Shown: one piece after another, positions 48,683 to 61,902 of the stretch | Layout: each line of letters begins with the position of its first letter | Numbering within the stretch: position 1 is the stretch's first letter | NCBI GenBank assembly: GCA_973895155.1 | Contig: OZ316898.1 | Span: forward strand, 7,923,079-7,987,078 | From: Marsupella aquatica | Lineage: Eukaryota > Plantae > Marchantiophyta | Direction: 5' to 3' | Length of the DNA stretch: 64,000 nucleotides | Made by a program: the position numbers and the translations under genes | The notes under the pieces: model-generated | What the model was told of the DNA's origin: nothing | The model's input: the letters and a program-made list of their open reading frames with translations, nothing else | Databases searched by the model: none

Positions 48683-50707
48683 ATGGCAGCACCGGAAACG
48701 GCCTCCGAGTTGCAGAAGGTACTCGAAAAGCGGATAAAGTTTTTCGAAGGAGTTCAGGCCCTACAGAAGAAACACCGTGAGGAGATCGGGGGCGAGGTCA
48801 TCAAAATTACGCTGCCGGACGGGACAGAGAAGGAGGGAAAGAAATGGTTGACGTCGCCGATGGATGTTGCCAGGCAGATCTCAAAGTCGTTGGCGGAAAG
48901 TGCCTTGATATCTGAGGTGAATGGGGTCCTGTGGGATATGACAAGACCGCTGGAGGAGAGTTGTAAGCTGAAGATATTCCCCTTTGATTCTAACGAGGGC
49001 CGTGACACGTTTTGGCATTCAAGCGCTCATATTCTGGGCGAGTCATTGGAGCTCGAGTATGGCTGCAAGCTGTGCATTGGACCTTGCACTACAAGGGGAG
49101 AGGGCTTTTATTATGATGCCTTTTACGGAGATGTGACATTGAATGATGAGCACTTTGGCCCAATTGTGAAGCAGGCCGAGAAAGCTGTGAAGGAGAAGCA
49201 GCCGTTTGAGCGCATTGAGGTCACTCGAGAACAAGCATTGGACTTGTTCTCTGAGAATAAATTCAAAGTTGAGATAATCAAGGAGTTGCCAGCGGACAAG
49301 ACAATAACAGTTTACAGGTGTGGAGCTTTAGTTGACCTTTGTCGTGGGCCTCACATCCCAAATACCGTTCATGTGAAGGCTTTCTCCTGTCAAAAGGCAT
49401 CAGCATCGTACTGGAGGGGTCAGGCAGACCGCGAAAGCCTACAGCGGGTCTATGGGATCTCTTTTCCAGACAAGAAAAAATTGAAGGAGTGGCTGTTTCA
49501 ACAGGAAGAGGCAAAGAAGCGAGATCACCGGGTAGTCGGAAAGGATCAAGAGCTGTTCTTCTTCCATCCTCTCAGTCCTGGGAGCTGTTTCTTCTTGCCG
49601 TATGGTACACGAATCTACAACAAGTTGATGGATTTCATCCGTACCGAGTACGTGAAAAGGGGTTACCAAGAGGTGGTATCTCCTAATATGTTCAATATGC
49701 AACTCTGGGATACATCTGGACACGCAGCCAACTACAAGGACAATATGTTCTGTTTTGAGGTTGAAAAGCAAGAGTTTGGGCTAAAACCCATGAATTGCCC
49801 AGGTCATTGCCTTATATTTGACCATCGTGTACGGTCTTACAGAGAACTCCCTTTGAGACTCGCAGATTTTGGAGTTCTGCATCGTAACGAACTTAGTGGA
49901 GCACTGACTGGCCTGACTCGTGTAAGAAGGTTTCAACAGGATGATGCCCACATTTTTTGCCTGGAATCACAGATTACAGAGGAAGTGAGAGGTTGCTTAG
50001 ACTTTCTAGAATATGTATACAAGGTTTTTGGCTTCACTTACGAGCTGGAACTCTCCACTAGACCAGAGAAGTATCTAGGCGAAATTGAGACCTGGACACG
50101 AGCAGAAGCAGCATTGGCTGAGGCACTGGATTCGTTCGGGAAACCTTGGCAGATAAATGCAGGTGATGGTGCATTCTATGGACCTAAGATCGACATTACC
50201 GTCTTTGACGCCTTAAAGAGAAAATTCCAATGTGCAACGATTCAGCTGGATTTCCAACTTCCAATTCGGTTCAATTTGAAATTCTCCACCGAAAAGGAGG
50301 GTGGGATTGCAAGGCCAGTGATAGTGCACAGAGCTATCCTTGGGTCAGTCGAGAGAATGTTTGCAATCCTGTTGGAGCATTATGCTGGCAAGTGGCCCTT
50401 CTGGCTAAGTCCTCGGCAGGTCATTGTGTGTCCAATTTCCGAGAAGTTTACCGAGTACGGTTTAAAAGTTCAGAATGAGATACATGACGCTGGCTTCTAT
50501 GTAGAATCTGATGCTTCGGACAGAAAAATTGCGAAGAAGATCCGGGATGCACAACTAGCACAGTTTAACTACATTCTTGTCGTAGGGCAGGACGAGGCAA
50601 ACAATGGAACAGTTAATGTGCGCACTCGAGATAATGTTGTGCACGGCACAAAATCTGTTTCAGAACTGCTTGCAGAGTTGAAGGAAGAAGCAGCAGCCTT
50701 CCGTTGA
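48683..50707 (+). CDS. ThrRS: Threonyl-tRNA synthetase, eukaryotic cytosolic type (674 aa), intronless
   Basis: TGS domain, editing motifs FWHSSAH and DLCRGPH, catalytic [41 protein letters not shown] and [10 protein letters not shown], and an anticodon-binding domain. Confidence 0.97.
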   Translation: MAAPETASELQKVLEKRIKFFEGVQALQKKHREEIGGEVIKITLPDGTEKEGKKWLTSPMDVARQISKSLAESALISEVNGVLWDMTRPLEESCKLKIFPFDSNEGRDTFWHSSAHILGESLELEYGCKLCIGPCTTRGEGFYYDAFYGDVTLNDEHFGPIVKQAEKAVKEKQPFERIEVTREQALDLFSENKFKVEIIKELPADKTITVYRCGALVDLCRGPHIPNTVHVKAFSCQKASASYWRGQADRESLQRVYGISFPDKKKLKEWLFQQEEAKKRDHRVVGKDQELFFFHPLSPGSCFFLPYGTRIYNKLMDFIRTEYVKRGYQEVVSPNMFNMQLWDTSGHAANYKDNMFCFEVEKQEFGLKPMNCPGHCLIFDHRVRSYRELPLRLADFGVLHRNELSGALTGLTRVRRFQQDDAHIFCLESQITEEVRGCLDFLEYVYKVFGFTYELELSTRPEKYLGEIETWTRAEAALAEALDSFGKPWQINAGDGAFYGPKIDITVFDALKRKFQCATIQLDFQLPIRFNLKFSTEKEGGIARPVIVHRAILGSVERMFAILLEHYAGKWPFWLSPRQVIVCPISEKFTEYGLKVQNEIHDAGFYVESDASDRKIAKKIRDAQLAQFNYILVVGQDEANNGTVNVRTRDNVVHGTKSVSELLAELKEEAAAFR

Positions 50708-53236
50708 ATGGGATAAATCTAGGAAAGACTTTGTACGTTCTATCAATTTGACAAACTTGCAAATTTCCCTGTCTGGTGTGCACGTAAGGAAGACTGCATA
50801 CTGGCAGGCATTCTAAGCAATTGTTGGCTTCTACGGGCACCATGGTCATCACAATCTCGTGCTTATCTTTGAGAGAAAACGAACTCAAATTGTTTGTCAT
50901 ATAGCTCGAGACAGGATGTCGCACTAGGCAATTATGCTCCTCTATTGCTTGGTTCTGCTTGCGCTGCATGTGATCAGAGTGGTAGTCAGGGCTGGAATAG
51001 CGGCTGCTTGAAGCACCGACTCTGCTGTAGGAGGAGGAAGAAATATGCGACCTTATGGAACGTCTAATTGACAATTGATATCAGGAGATTAAATGCGTTC
51101 TCTGATTTGAACTTGTGTGAAGGTGATGTGTGGTTTTGGTCAGTTAGTCGGAGGTTCATCATCCAGGTAGCTGCTACTTTTCTTGTTCTTCCTGTTAAGA
51201 AAAATCGTTGCTAATTAAAGTCACCGTGACACATCTTGAAAGTTTTGGTGCTCTTTGAACTACTTAGGCACTTCTGTTGGCTGATTGCTTACCATTCAGT
51301 AGAGTTATCAAGGATATATGCATTTGGGTGAAAGTTCGTAGTCTCGCATCTGGTATTTTAAGATCCTTATAGTTGACAATGTCTCTGCAGATTGAATGTA
51401 GCACACATTGCCGTACATGAGGCCCCATTACTTGGCCAGCACCTGTGGTTGACGACAACTGAACAAGCGCAACTTTCTCAATGTAGATATTTTCTTTCTG
51501 ACCAAATAGGTTTAAGAAATACACTAGCGGTCAGTAGAGGAAACATATTTCTAGTTTTAGCTAAACCACCGGATCATGATGGTTCGGTTGGTGGATAGCA
51601 GGATGGTTGCAGGTGTAAGGATTCTGTGCCAAATCATGTGATTGCGTTCCACCTAGTTATTTATTATGATAGATAACAAGTCGGATTTGTAGTCGAGCAT
51701 ATGGTACCTTCCACAAGGTGGTGTTTACGCTTCACCTCTTATTGATCCTGCGCAGAGGCGATCCAAAGTACTTTATTTCTTGGGGGTGTTGAGTCTTGTT
51801 AGATTCATTTCATTATTGTGGTCGTGGTGCAGTCTGGAAATTCAATACAGGATCTACAGTGCTAGTATATCGTAGCAAAACGCACATGGCTTCCTTGTTT
51901 GATGTATCTAGGTCAATTTTGTGCACGAGTCACAAATTGCTTTTTCTGTCCCAGAGCTCAACATGCCGGGAATGTAGTTTGTCTTAAGATGAAGTCTAAA
52001 ATGATGGATATCCACTATGTAGGACGGTGCATGGTAAGCACCGTCAATTGTGTCCCACTGAAATTCCGCGTGTTTAATCTGCATCCATTGAATTGTGCAG
52101 TTTGGCTTGTCTCGACTGTTTCGTCCAGCTCTCAATTTTTGTGGTCCATCAATATGATAGTTGTGACAGCCAGATTGAATGAACCTTTGCCATTGCCCCA
52201 ACCTTCTGTGCCGCATCCAGATTCCCCAATTTGAGTTGTGCAAAGTCTTATGGCGTCACTTGTGGCATCCCCGATATCACAGAAGTTGTACATGCAACCC
52301 GGGTGTAGTGGCAGCAATACCACACTATCCACTGAATCAAAATCGAAACAGCTTGCAGCATCTCTGGTATTAACAAAGCATTTGTATAGGCTTGCTCATT
52401 GTAATCTGGAGCCTCGGGTATGTAGAAACTGTTGATTTACACATTTTAACTTACTATCAAAACACAAACCAATACACACTCATGTGTGCCACTTGGTTTG
52501 TGAGCAAAGGAAACACACTCAGGCGGTTGCGAGTCGCAACTACCTGGTATTGGTCTGGTTGTACCGAGATCATGACAAGATGTAAGTTTAATTTGTAGCT
52601 CACAAATTTTTTCTCTCGAAGTGCACGCAGGTTGACTGCCTAAATATATATCCACAGGTAAAGATTAACGCAACTTTCACGAACGCAGAGGGGAAACATA
52701 CCAACCGTGATATCTTTCCCAATATCTAATTTTGTGAATGTGAGGCACCTTTTTGGAGAGTAGAAGGGAACAAGGCCCAAAGAACCAGATTTCTGGTGTG
52801 ACTAAAGGGGAGGCCACTACTTCTGCCCTCACAATAAAATCCAAGCAAGGGCGTCCGTTTTCTATCTCATGTTTTGGAAATGCTGGCTGCCTCTGGTCCA
52901 GCATTGTTTTGTGCGAGGTCTGCAGGTACATTAGGGATCCTCACACTCCGCTGTGGTCCTGTGGATACGTTCGGTAGTGCCAGTTTTGTCTGGCAAGATT
53001 GAAGCATGAAGATTAACTAGAGCCTCCTTACCAATGTTCAGTCTGCTCTCTAGCTCTCAAGGCAGTGGCATGCATCAGATGATTGAGTGTTTACATTGGA
53101 GCTACCGGGCAACACTTATCAGTCAGTACAGTACATCAAAGAGTTCTTTACAGAATTTCATAAAGCTATTGATGACTCCAGATTGAGAACTAATTTACAA
53201 AATTTCCAGTGTGGCAATTTTGGCCACGAGTCTCAG

Positions 53237-56200
53237 TTATTGATAAAGCGAGTGCACGGAGCTTCCTGATCTCAGCTTCACTAGAGCCTCCCAGAGTGAC
53301 TTATGAGCTCCAATTAATGCCGTCTTTTCAGATATAAGAGCCCTTACTGCTTGCTTTCTTGCCCATGGCAGAGGCACAGCCTGTACAATGAAACATGGTA
53401 TTATTATTCGGAAGATACAACAATGCTTGTTTCGCGCTAGTGATGTTGGTCTTGCTCCACAGAAACAGACATGGAACAGCTTAACTTGTTGGCCACACAC
53501 ATGTAGCGGTGATGAGCTCCGCTTTGCTTACCTTAGTACCATCAGCATCGCTGGCAGTCAACGCAGCAACATCTTCTTCGATTGTGGTGGGATATTGCCT
53601 AAGGAGGTCCTCTGAGGCCCATAGAAGCCTCCTTAACACCTGGAAAACCCCATATCATCACTGTAAGGCACATGTACCGGCCAAGGTTAAATCTTGTTGT
53701 CAAATGATCACTTGCACAAATATTGCTGCAGGGAGATCGATGCAATACGTCTCCCCATCGAAGAATTTTGCTTAAGCAAAGGGTATGAAGCAATCATCAC
53801 AAACAACGGGTCTTGGCAGTAACCTCAGCTTCGTTCTCCCGACTAACGGGTTTGGTAAGGTTGGCCATGGCTGTTGAAGCCCCATGGTACTGCCACATAC
53901 TTGCAGGAGTATCTTCTTTCCATCCAGCATTTGCAAGTTCTTTGTGTGAAGCCAATGCAGCTCGGGTCCATGCTAGCCCACTATCATCCACGCCGGATGG
54001 CGTCAGGGTAAAAACAGCTCCTCCTGTAACCCAGAAAGAAATGGTCAGGTAGTAGCAAAGGGCATAAACGCTCATTAGTCAGTAAAGGTACTTCCTTCCC
54101 TTGGCCCTGATAGCAGTGAATGTAGAATTGACCTGCCCTCATGTTGTGCCAAAGTGCATAGTTCTCCGGGTTTCACAATTATCGACAGCACTCATTTAAG
54201 TAAATACATTTTCATATATTTCTTCTCCACCGTAGTATCAATTGACGTCTTATCTACATTCGATTTTGAGTTTCAATTAGACTGGCTCATACAAAACCTC
54301 TGACCACAGAGGATATACAGAATCGACTGTTTAAATTTGGAGGTCTGGTGTCCCATGGGGCGCCACTCTACCAGAAGTACTCACCATATGGCAGACCCAC
54401 TGCTTCCAACAAAAGTGCATTATGTTTGCTTTTGAGAGGACCCAAGACATGTCCCTGATATGACCGCCATTTGTGAAGATTAGTACCCAATAAAAAGACT
54501 CGTAAAGTAGCAAACAACGATCTGCTGTTGAAATGTAAGCCAAGATCATTGAGCACTAGCCTTATGGATGCACTACAGTCAGCAGATGACATACAAAGAG
54601 CGACTTCCAATGAACCTATTGCAGTGGAGTAGACTGCTTACTGGTAGGTCTACTGCATAATTTTTATTTTCTTTATCCACAAAACCGTAGTCAAGTAAAA
54701 GTTGAGAAGGGGACAAGTTCGGTCCATAAGAATCATAAACTTGCTCCCCTTCTTCGTACACTTGATGGGCCCGAAGAGAAGCTGTCTTCGTATGGGAATC
54801 ATATACTAGACATGATTCTTTCCCGGCAGCACTACTGTGATTCAACATGTCCGCCCATGGGACAAGTGCAAGAGAGGGTCCAGTTTCGCGATATGTCTGT
54901 AATACACCAGCAGAGTCCACGTTTAACGAAGTAAATCACTAAGCACCATTTTACTGAGCGTTGTGAAAATTGTATCCATCTTCTAAGCAAAATGTTGACG
55001 AGTCCCAGAGGAAAGCAATTAGGATGTGGAAACAACAATTGGGTATTACTGGAAAATTCATATTTAGCTTTCACTATACCGCGCAGACAGGCTTAGGTCT
55101 TAGTGGAAGAATGCAAACCAGCAGACTTTGAAAATCTATCTTCTGAAAACAGAGCATTACTAACCTGTTCGTCTAAGTCAAGAGAGAAGGAGCGACTAAG
55201 GAGAATAACTGCAGCCCAGCGCACAGCCAGCTCAGTGACAAACCCCCCACTCCCAGGGCCAGCAGGAAGCAAATTGCTGGCCCCCGCGGCAAGCATCGCT
55301 TCATGGTCTTCCCTGTAGACTACAACATGTCATCTCAAAGACGAGGAATGCAGATATCCATCAATCCCAGTCGCTTCTACTCTCTCAACCTGAGTGTGCA
55401 AATCCGTCTGTACTTTTGGCAGCAAGAGCTTTTCTAAAGGTAATCGTAGAGAAAACAAGGAGCAAGCACCTGCATATTTGCAGTCTCCTTTCAGTAGTGT
55501 CTAACATGGGTGATCCAGCCAACCAGTCTCTTCGCATTCTCTGAAAAATCCAAAGTAAAACAAAGATTGTTCGTGAGAGAACTTTCTCAGATTCCGTACC
55601 TTCTCCATCCTCCAACAAAGACACCAAGAGGTCCACTTGCTGATCAGGAGAGAACCGTTTGTCATACAGCAAAGATCCACAGATGAAGCTGATGGGTTGC
55701 ACTGACTTAGGTCATTAATCCATTTGCTTGTAAATAAAGATTGCTAAGAAATTGGTCTTCCATCTGGACACAAGTGTTTGTGATTGACTTCAAGTTGAAA
55801 GGGGATGTTCACCTGGGGCCACAGCATGGGATGGGAGCCAGCCATCTGCAATTCAGAAGGCAGCAAGGAAATGTACGGGTACCATGGACTCTCTTCTCCC
55901 CGGGCACGTTCACAAAGTAGATGTAAGCACATGGCCTGCCACGGAGTTAGTTGAGCGCTTTCTGCAAGTGGGCCAACATAGGGGCAAGTGGCGGCTGTCT
56001 GCACACAAACACACAAGTATCTACGAATTCATTCCCACTGAGGCTGGTTAACTATGCCCATTGATGTGCACAAAGAATCATATCCTCGACTCTCAGGGAA
56101 ATAAAAACAGCGAACCATGAAAATAAATTTCGTGCTTTACAGAGGTCAGGAATTTCTTGTGCCCTATCCGTAATACTGACCCCACCGAACTAATTTCGAA

Positions 56201-56857
56201 ATTTGTGTTTCCGTAATTAAGCGCAAGGGGACAAAAAATCATGCATCAAAATTCTCTGCATCCAAAAACATCTATATTAAAGGAATGACTTCGACTCATA
56301 TCCGTGCTGTCTTTCCAGAACCTTATACCATTCGATCCTACTTTAGACGACGAGGGACGGAAGGCCGCTTGAATCGGACCATTAAAGTCTTAAAATTGTG
56401 GACTTTGGAAGCTCAGAGCGCGAGAGAATGAACAAAATAAATAAACTAATTCACAGGGATCGAGTTGGGCCATGTGATGAGAGAGGGCGAGAGAGGGACC
56501 GACCTCTTCGGTCATCAAAGCTTCTTTGGGCACACGAACAACGACATCCGACTTGTTGACTCCCCCGGGCCCAGCCACCATTCCATAGCCTGGTACATCA
56601 CTGCCTCGGAGCCACTTCTCCAGCCGCAAATTGCAGTTGTCCTGGCCCAATGTCTGAAGCCACTTCCGCAACCTCTCCACCTTTCTGTCATCCTTCTTGT
56701 CATCTCTGTTAGGGTTGTTCGTGATTCTCTCAGTCACTTTCTTCTCAGCCCCTCCTCCCAATCCTCCTCCTCCGCCCCCTCTCTTCGCAGGAGGAAACCT
56801 CAATGCAGGAATAGCTGCTCCATTGTGCAGCGCACTCACACAATGCACAAGATTCAT
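53237..56857 (-). CDS. SET-domain protein-lysine methyltransferase, Rubisco-LSMT/SETD3-like (about 511 aa, probable organellar transit peptide). Exons 56857-56504, 55998-55813, 55540-55470, 55312-55165, 54896-54642, 54454-54385, 54023-53824, 53639-53532, 53380-53237
   Basis: GYGMVA, SPWYPYISLLP, LLSRSF, LVPWADMLNHS, GEQVYDSYG, LLLDYGF and YPTTIEED motifs. Nine GT-AG-joined exons are in phase (1536 nt). Confidence 0.88.
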
Positions 56858-57780
56858 TCTCGGGACCAACTGTAAGAATCCCCCCTCAGCTGCGTCCCAA
56901 GTGATAAAAAAAGTTCCGATTCAGCCGAAAAGTCGAGTCATCCCCGTACATTCACACATTCTCGGGCGCTGCTGCTGCTCACCTGAGACCTACGATCACG
57001 AAGCAGCAGGTTCACCTCTAGGCCAGAAACCCAGCTGAAACCCAGCTAAGAAAAGTGATCACCCTGTTTCCAGTTCCATCCCTACTCTTCAAATTGCCAC
57101 TCACCCACCACCAACCAACACAATTCGACCAGCTAACGCTCCACAGAATTCCCCCCTCTGCTTCGTGAGAAGTAGAATAGAGAATCGTCAATCAAACGCG
57201 GAGACGAGTTTCACATCACATCAAGAACACATCATTGAAAGACAACGCAAGAAGCCGACCGAAAGGTAGGAAGGATCAAAAAACAACAGAACAAAAGCTC
57301 CGCTTCAATTGGTGTGAAAATGTCCCCAACCCAGGCCAAAAGACCCACCATTCCTCTCTGCCTTGTTACTCAGGATTTCTCATGTCTCGCCGGAAGAAAC
57401 CTTTGAATGCTTGGAAACTCCCTGTAGAAGCTGTGTGAGCAGGGGCGCATTCTTGTCAGTGGGGAAAAACTGAGATTGGATTCTGCTGCAAAGCAAAAAG
57501 GAGGGGGAGTTCGTGGGGTTCATACGAATTCAATCAATTTACCGTCATCAGCACAGTCACGCTGCCCTCTACAGTAAAGTTCTTTTAAAGAATATTGAAA
57601 CGAGGGGAAAGAAACAACGCCCTGTCAAAATACTCGAAGGGCCAATTTAGGAGCTTTTAATTAGATGGCCACTAAAATGTTACAATACACCACTCTTTTA
57701 TTTGCAATGCAATTACAAATATGACACCGTTTTTGTATATAGCTATTTTAGTGAACTTATAGTCCATATAAGAAACACGA

Positions 57781-57945
57781 GAGAGTTATTAGATGGACCC
57801 CTTAATTGAGAAGTGTTACTTAATTGACCTTATGAGGCCCCTGAGATTTTAGGACGGTTGATTTAAGGTCTATTGAGAGTATGGATCACTCATGGGTCCA
57901 TCAAGTAAAGCTTTTCATTTTGGGGGTCCATGAAGAATATCTCTC
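57781..57945. mobile_element. Short MITE-like element, copy 2
   Basis: Imperfect termini gagagttattagatggaccc...gggtccatgaagaatatctctc; homologous to 29776-29905. Confidence 0.6.
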
Positions 57946-58829
57946 TAGTAAACACTGACACTTTTGTAAATATCAAAAACATTATGATGGTATTGTCAAT
58001 TAGAACATCTTTAGTGACAATGTACTTGAAAGCTGATTTACACAAACACTAAACCATCATGATGCTCCACTTACGCACATCTAGTGGTTTGGAATTTATT
58101 GGATGCCCTAGATTATTCATAGAATTCTGAGATTTACCAAGGTCTCTAATTGGCCCTTACAAAGTGCCAAACAAAGTACAATAGAATAAAAGCACAACTG
58201 AAGAGGTCTTAGAGGACAAACACTCAACTCAAAAGCTTAGGAAATACTAATGACCTTTAAAAGATGTTGCTTTACAAGTAGAGGGTTGAGAAAGAAATAA
58301 TGACATTAAATTTTTGGGTAAAGGTGCCTAATTAAATTTTTAGTTGGAATTTTTGACATCAACCAATAGGTTTTATAGTTTTTCCATTTCTTCCTTAGCA
58401 GAATGTGAAAGATTACCATTTGATTTACCGGGAGAAAGAAGAATTTGTTGCAGGATATCAACCCAAACATTCAAGTATCCAATTTGCAACATGCATGAGC
58501 CATTTCACAAAGTAAATGTCTAGATAAGAAGAGGGCCAATGCAAAATACCCAAATCCTAGAGTTCGGAATGACAACCTTGTCCAAGCAAAACTGGGCACT
58601 AGACCTCCCTGTCACCTTCCGGTGAACAAAGAACCAAGTCAATGCCCCCCGCCCATCAAGCTATCCTAGTGCATCACAAAAAATGCCCACGAAATAAATA
58701 TTTGCATTTCTCTGCCATTCCAGATTAGCATTAAAAGTAATGTGCAATTGTTTCTCAAAGACCAAAAAACAATGTTGACTTGACCACCTCTCGAAAGGTA
58801 GTAGTCACTTTTGGTAAAACTCAGTTTTA

Positions 58830-59420
58830 TTTTAGTGAGTGAAATTAGCTTCTGTAGATATTTTTCTAGTGGAGAAAATTGGCAAGATAGCATCCCTTTA
58901 AAAGATATTAGTAACTTTTGGCCACAACTCTCTCTATATATTGTGTTCCACCCACTTTCCCACTTAGCCACAGAACCCACTCTGCAAAATTGATAAATAT
59001 ATAAGGAAAAGAATTAGAGACTGTAGATTATTTTATAGTGGAGAAAATAGGCAAGATAACAACTCTAGTATCTAAAAGGTATTGGTCACTTTTGGTGGAA
59101 GTTCACCAGATTTTCTGTCCCTCCATTAGCCAGTTTCCCGGTTAGCCAGCCCATTCCCCAAGACCTAACAATCATTCTTAAATATAGGGAGATCTGATCT
59201 TTGTCTAGTAGAGAAAAAATGCAAGACACCACCTCTCTAGAAAGGTCTTAGTGACTCTTGGTGAAAGTTCCACCATATTTTCTGCCCTTTCATTAGCCAG
59301 TTTCCCACTTAGCCACAGAACCCATTGGCCCAGATCTAACCATCATTGTTAAATATTAATAGGGAGATATCTGATATTTTCTAGTGGAGAAAATAGCCAA
59401 TATATTACCTTTCTAAAAGA
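58830..59420. repeat. Degenerate ~171-bp tandem repeat, about 4 copies
   Basis: A ttttctagtggagaaaat-like motif recurs at about 58862, 59032, 59203 and 59377. Confidence 0.7.
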
Positions 59421-59959
59421 TACTAGGGAGTCTCAAAGCTTTGAAATAGGATGATGCATTCTGCCATAAAGTAATGGTCATAAAGGTCATAATATAATTT
59501 TAAAAAAAGGATTTCTTTTCCACCAGCCTCTAGAGATAGTTGTGAGCCATAGGCATTGTGTTCAAAATTCTGACTTGATGTTTTGGATTTTTTTTACATG
59601 TGGCCTTGTGTTCAAAAATTAATGCTGTGTTTGAATTTTGACATTGTGTTCAACTGAATTTGAACTGTTGAATGTATTCCCTCGTGGTTGAATCAATGAA
59701 AGTATATTGAAAGTTTGATCAATTGTATTGTGATTGTTGTGATCTTCTTGTGCACTTGTACTTGATCTGTCTCATTTGGCAACATTTGGCAGTTTATTTG
59801 ATCACAGTCACATTCAAACAGAGCATCATATTTGAATCATATTCAAACACAGCGTCATGTTCAAACACAGTGCCATGGTGCTGTGTTAAATTGACGTTGT
59901 GTTTGAGTGCAAACAATCAACTTTTTACTCGCCCAATTGGTGTTGTGTTCGGAGGAAGA

Positions 59960-60800
59960 CGGCAGTCTGCATTTACCCCTATTTGGGTGAGTTCTGGTAA
60001 GTCCACGTGTAACGTGAAATTTCCCGTATTTGGGCAAGTAACGGGCCATGCCGTCCACGTGGAACCCAAAATTTCTCTGCTAGTCTGCGTTTCCCCCTAC
60101 TTGGGCAAGTTCTGGTCTAGGAAGTCCACAATCATGTAACCTGAACTTTCTCTGTTAGTCTGCGTTATACCTTATTTGGGTGAGTTCCGGTCCAGGCAGT
60201 CCACCTATAACCTGAAATTTCTCTCCTAGTCTGTGTTATCCCCTACTAGCCCTATGCCAGTGTATTGCACTGTGCAAGGAGGGCTGGCCCATAGGGAGTC
60301 AGGCCAGGGCATTTATGGGGCAGCGGGAAGCACATATGTGCCAGGGGTGCACATTTTTTTCATCAATGGCTAGGGAAAACAGCTAATCGGATCCAACGGC
60401 TATGGATCTTTCCCGCCCATGAGCTTTTTGTATTGAGACAAAGGACCAACAAAGACGGGAGCGCTTATTATAGTTGTAGATTTGGGTGAGTTTAGGTCCA
60501 GGCAGTCCACCTGTGGCCTGAAATTTCTTTGCTAGTCTACCTTATTCCCTATATTTAAGAAGGTCCATTAGATTTTGCTAGTCTGCCTTATTCCCTGTAT
60601 TCACAAAAAAATTCAGGTTATTGGTGGACTTCCTGGACCAAAACTTGTGCTAGTCTGCATTTTCCCCTATTTGGGCAAGTTCTGGTCCAGGAAGTCCACT
60701 TGTAACCTGAAATTTCTCTGCTAGTCTGGGTTTCCCCTATTTGGGTGAGTTCTGGGCCAGGACATCCATGGGTAACTTGAAATTTCTTTCCTATGTCTTC
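59960..60800. repeat. About 68-bp degenerate tandem repeat
   Basis: Unit ctagtctgcgtttcccctatttgggtgagttctggtccaggaagtccacctgtaacctgaaatttctctg recurs on both sides of the Helitron-like insertion. Confidence 0.8.
60246..60480 (-). mobile_element. Non-autonomous Helitron-like element (235 bp)
   Basis: On the - strand it starts TCTACAACTATAATAAG and ends CTAG, with a CAGTGCA-A-TACACTG hairpin just before the 3' end. It sits exactly between A and T of the host repeat (cccctA|Tttgggtgag), with no TSD. Confidence 0.8.
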
Positions 60801-61036
60801 CCCTGAACACAACGCCATGGCTTAGTATCTGAAGAGTGGGCAATGGGGCGCTTTATTTGAATAGTGGACCCAAGGTGTTGGATTTGAGTTTTGACTACGT
60901 GTTTTCATTGTTTTTTACTTAAAGGGCTTTGTGTTTGACTATTGGCTTATGTTTGAGTGTTCACATTGTCATGTGATTCATGGATTTTTTCCTTTTGTAC
61001 TCAATGTAAACTAATTTAAAGTCAAACTCAAACACA

Positions 61037-61278
61037 ACATCCAACTCAAACATAACGCCCAATATTCGAGCACTAGCGGAAGAACATCCAACTCGAACAT
61101 AACGCCCAATATTCTAGCACTAGCGGAAGAACATCCAACTCGAACATAACGCCCAATATTCGAGCACTAGTGGAAGTCTGAGAGGGAGAGAAGGAAAGGT
61201 GTGAGAAATTTGGCCCAGGCTTATAAAGGGTGCACATTTAGAAATTTGGCTGAGACTTATCAAGGGTGCACATTTAAA
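61037..61278. repeat. 47-bp x3 and ~36-bp x2 tandem repeats upstream of the GRAS gene
   Basis: acatccaactcgaacataacgcccaatattcgagcactagcggaaga three times; agaaatttggc...aagggtgcacattt twice. Confidence 0.8.
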
Positions 61279-61902
61279 GAGTATTGGTCTCATATTTTTT
61301 CCTGAATCAGGACACATCGTTCACCAACGTGGCTGGACGATCGTCAGGCGACACCGTTATAATCCCGGCGTACTGGTCCTTGTCCTTGTGTGATGTCATG
61401 GACGCCTTTACTTGATGTCACGCGGTTCGCCCTTCCCTGTAAGGCTTCGTCGTCTCAAACTCCCTGTTTCTCGTCTGCTAAGTCATCTCATTCTTTCAGA
61501 CGGAGCTGCTGGAGTCGTTGTGGAGTGATCAGTTAAGCACTTCATGACAGAATTGGGACGGTTCTAGCTTTCAAATCCAACTTCTTTTGGCGAAAACGTA
61601 CAAGATCCGGAGATTTCGCTAGAGATGAAACAGGAGAAAGGCTTACTAGAGTAGCAAACTTTTGTTGAATGTCTATGAGACCGTTACGCCGGAGCATTGA
61701 TGTGTCTGTGGCCGTTGTCGATATTATGCAGAATTGCTCAACAAATTGGCACACATTTTTCAGAGGGACGAGAAAAGAGGGGAGAGCGACGACGGGACTA
61801 GTGCAGCTATATGGTTCATGAGGTTGGCAAGCGCAACTTGAAGGACTGGTGAAGGAGGGGCTAGCGAACGATCAAGTTAGCTAGGGAGCACGCAGCAGCA
61901 GC

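Noticed and set aside
50750-53200. Many short ORFs between ThrRS and the SET gene
   Set aside because: No domain signatures or consistent exon chain; likely 3' UTRs and intergenic DNA of convergent genes.
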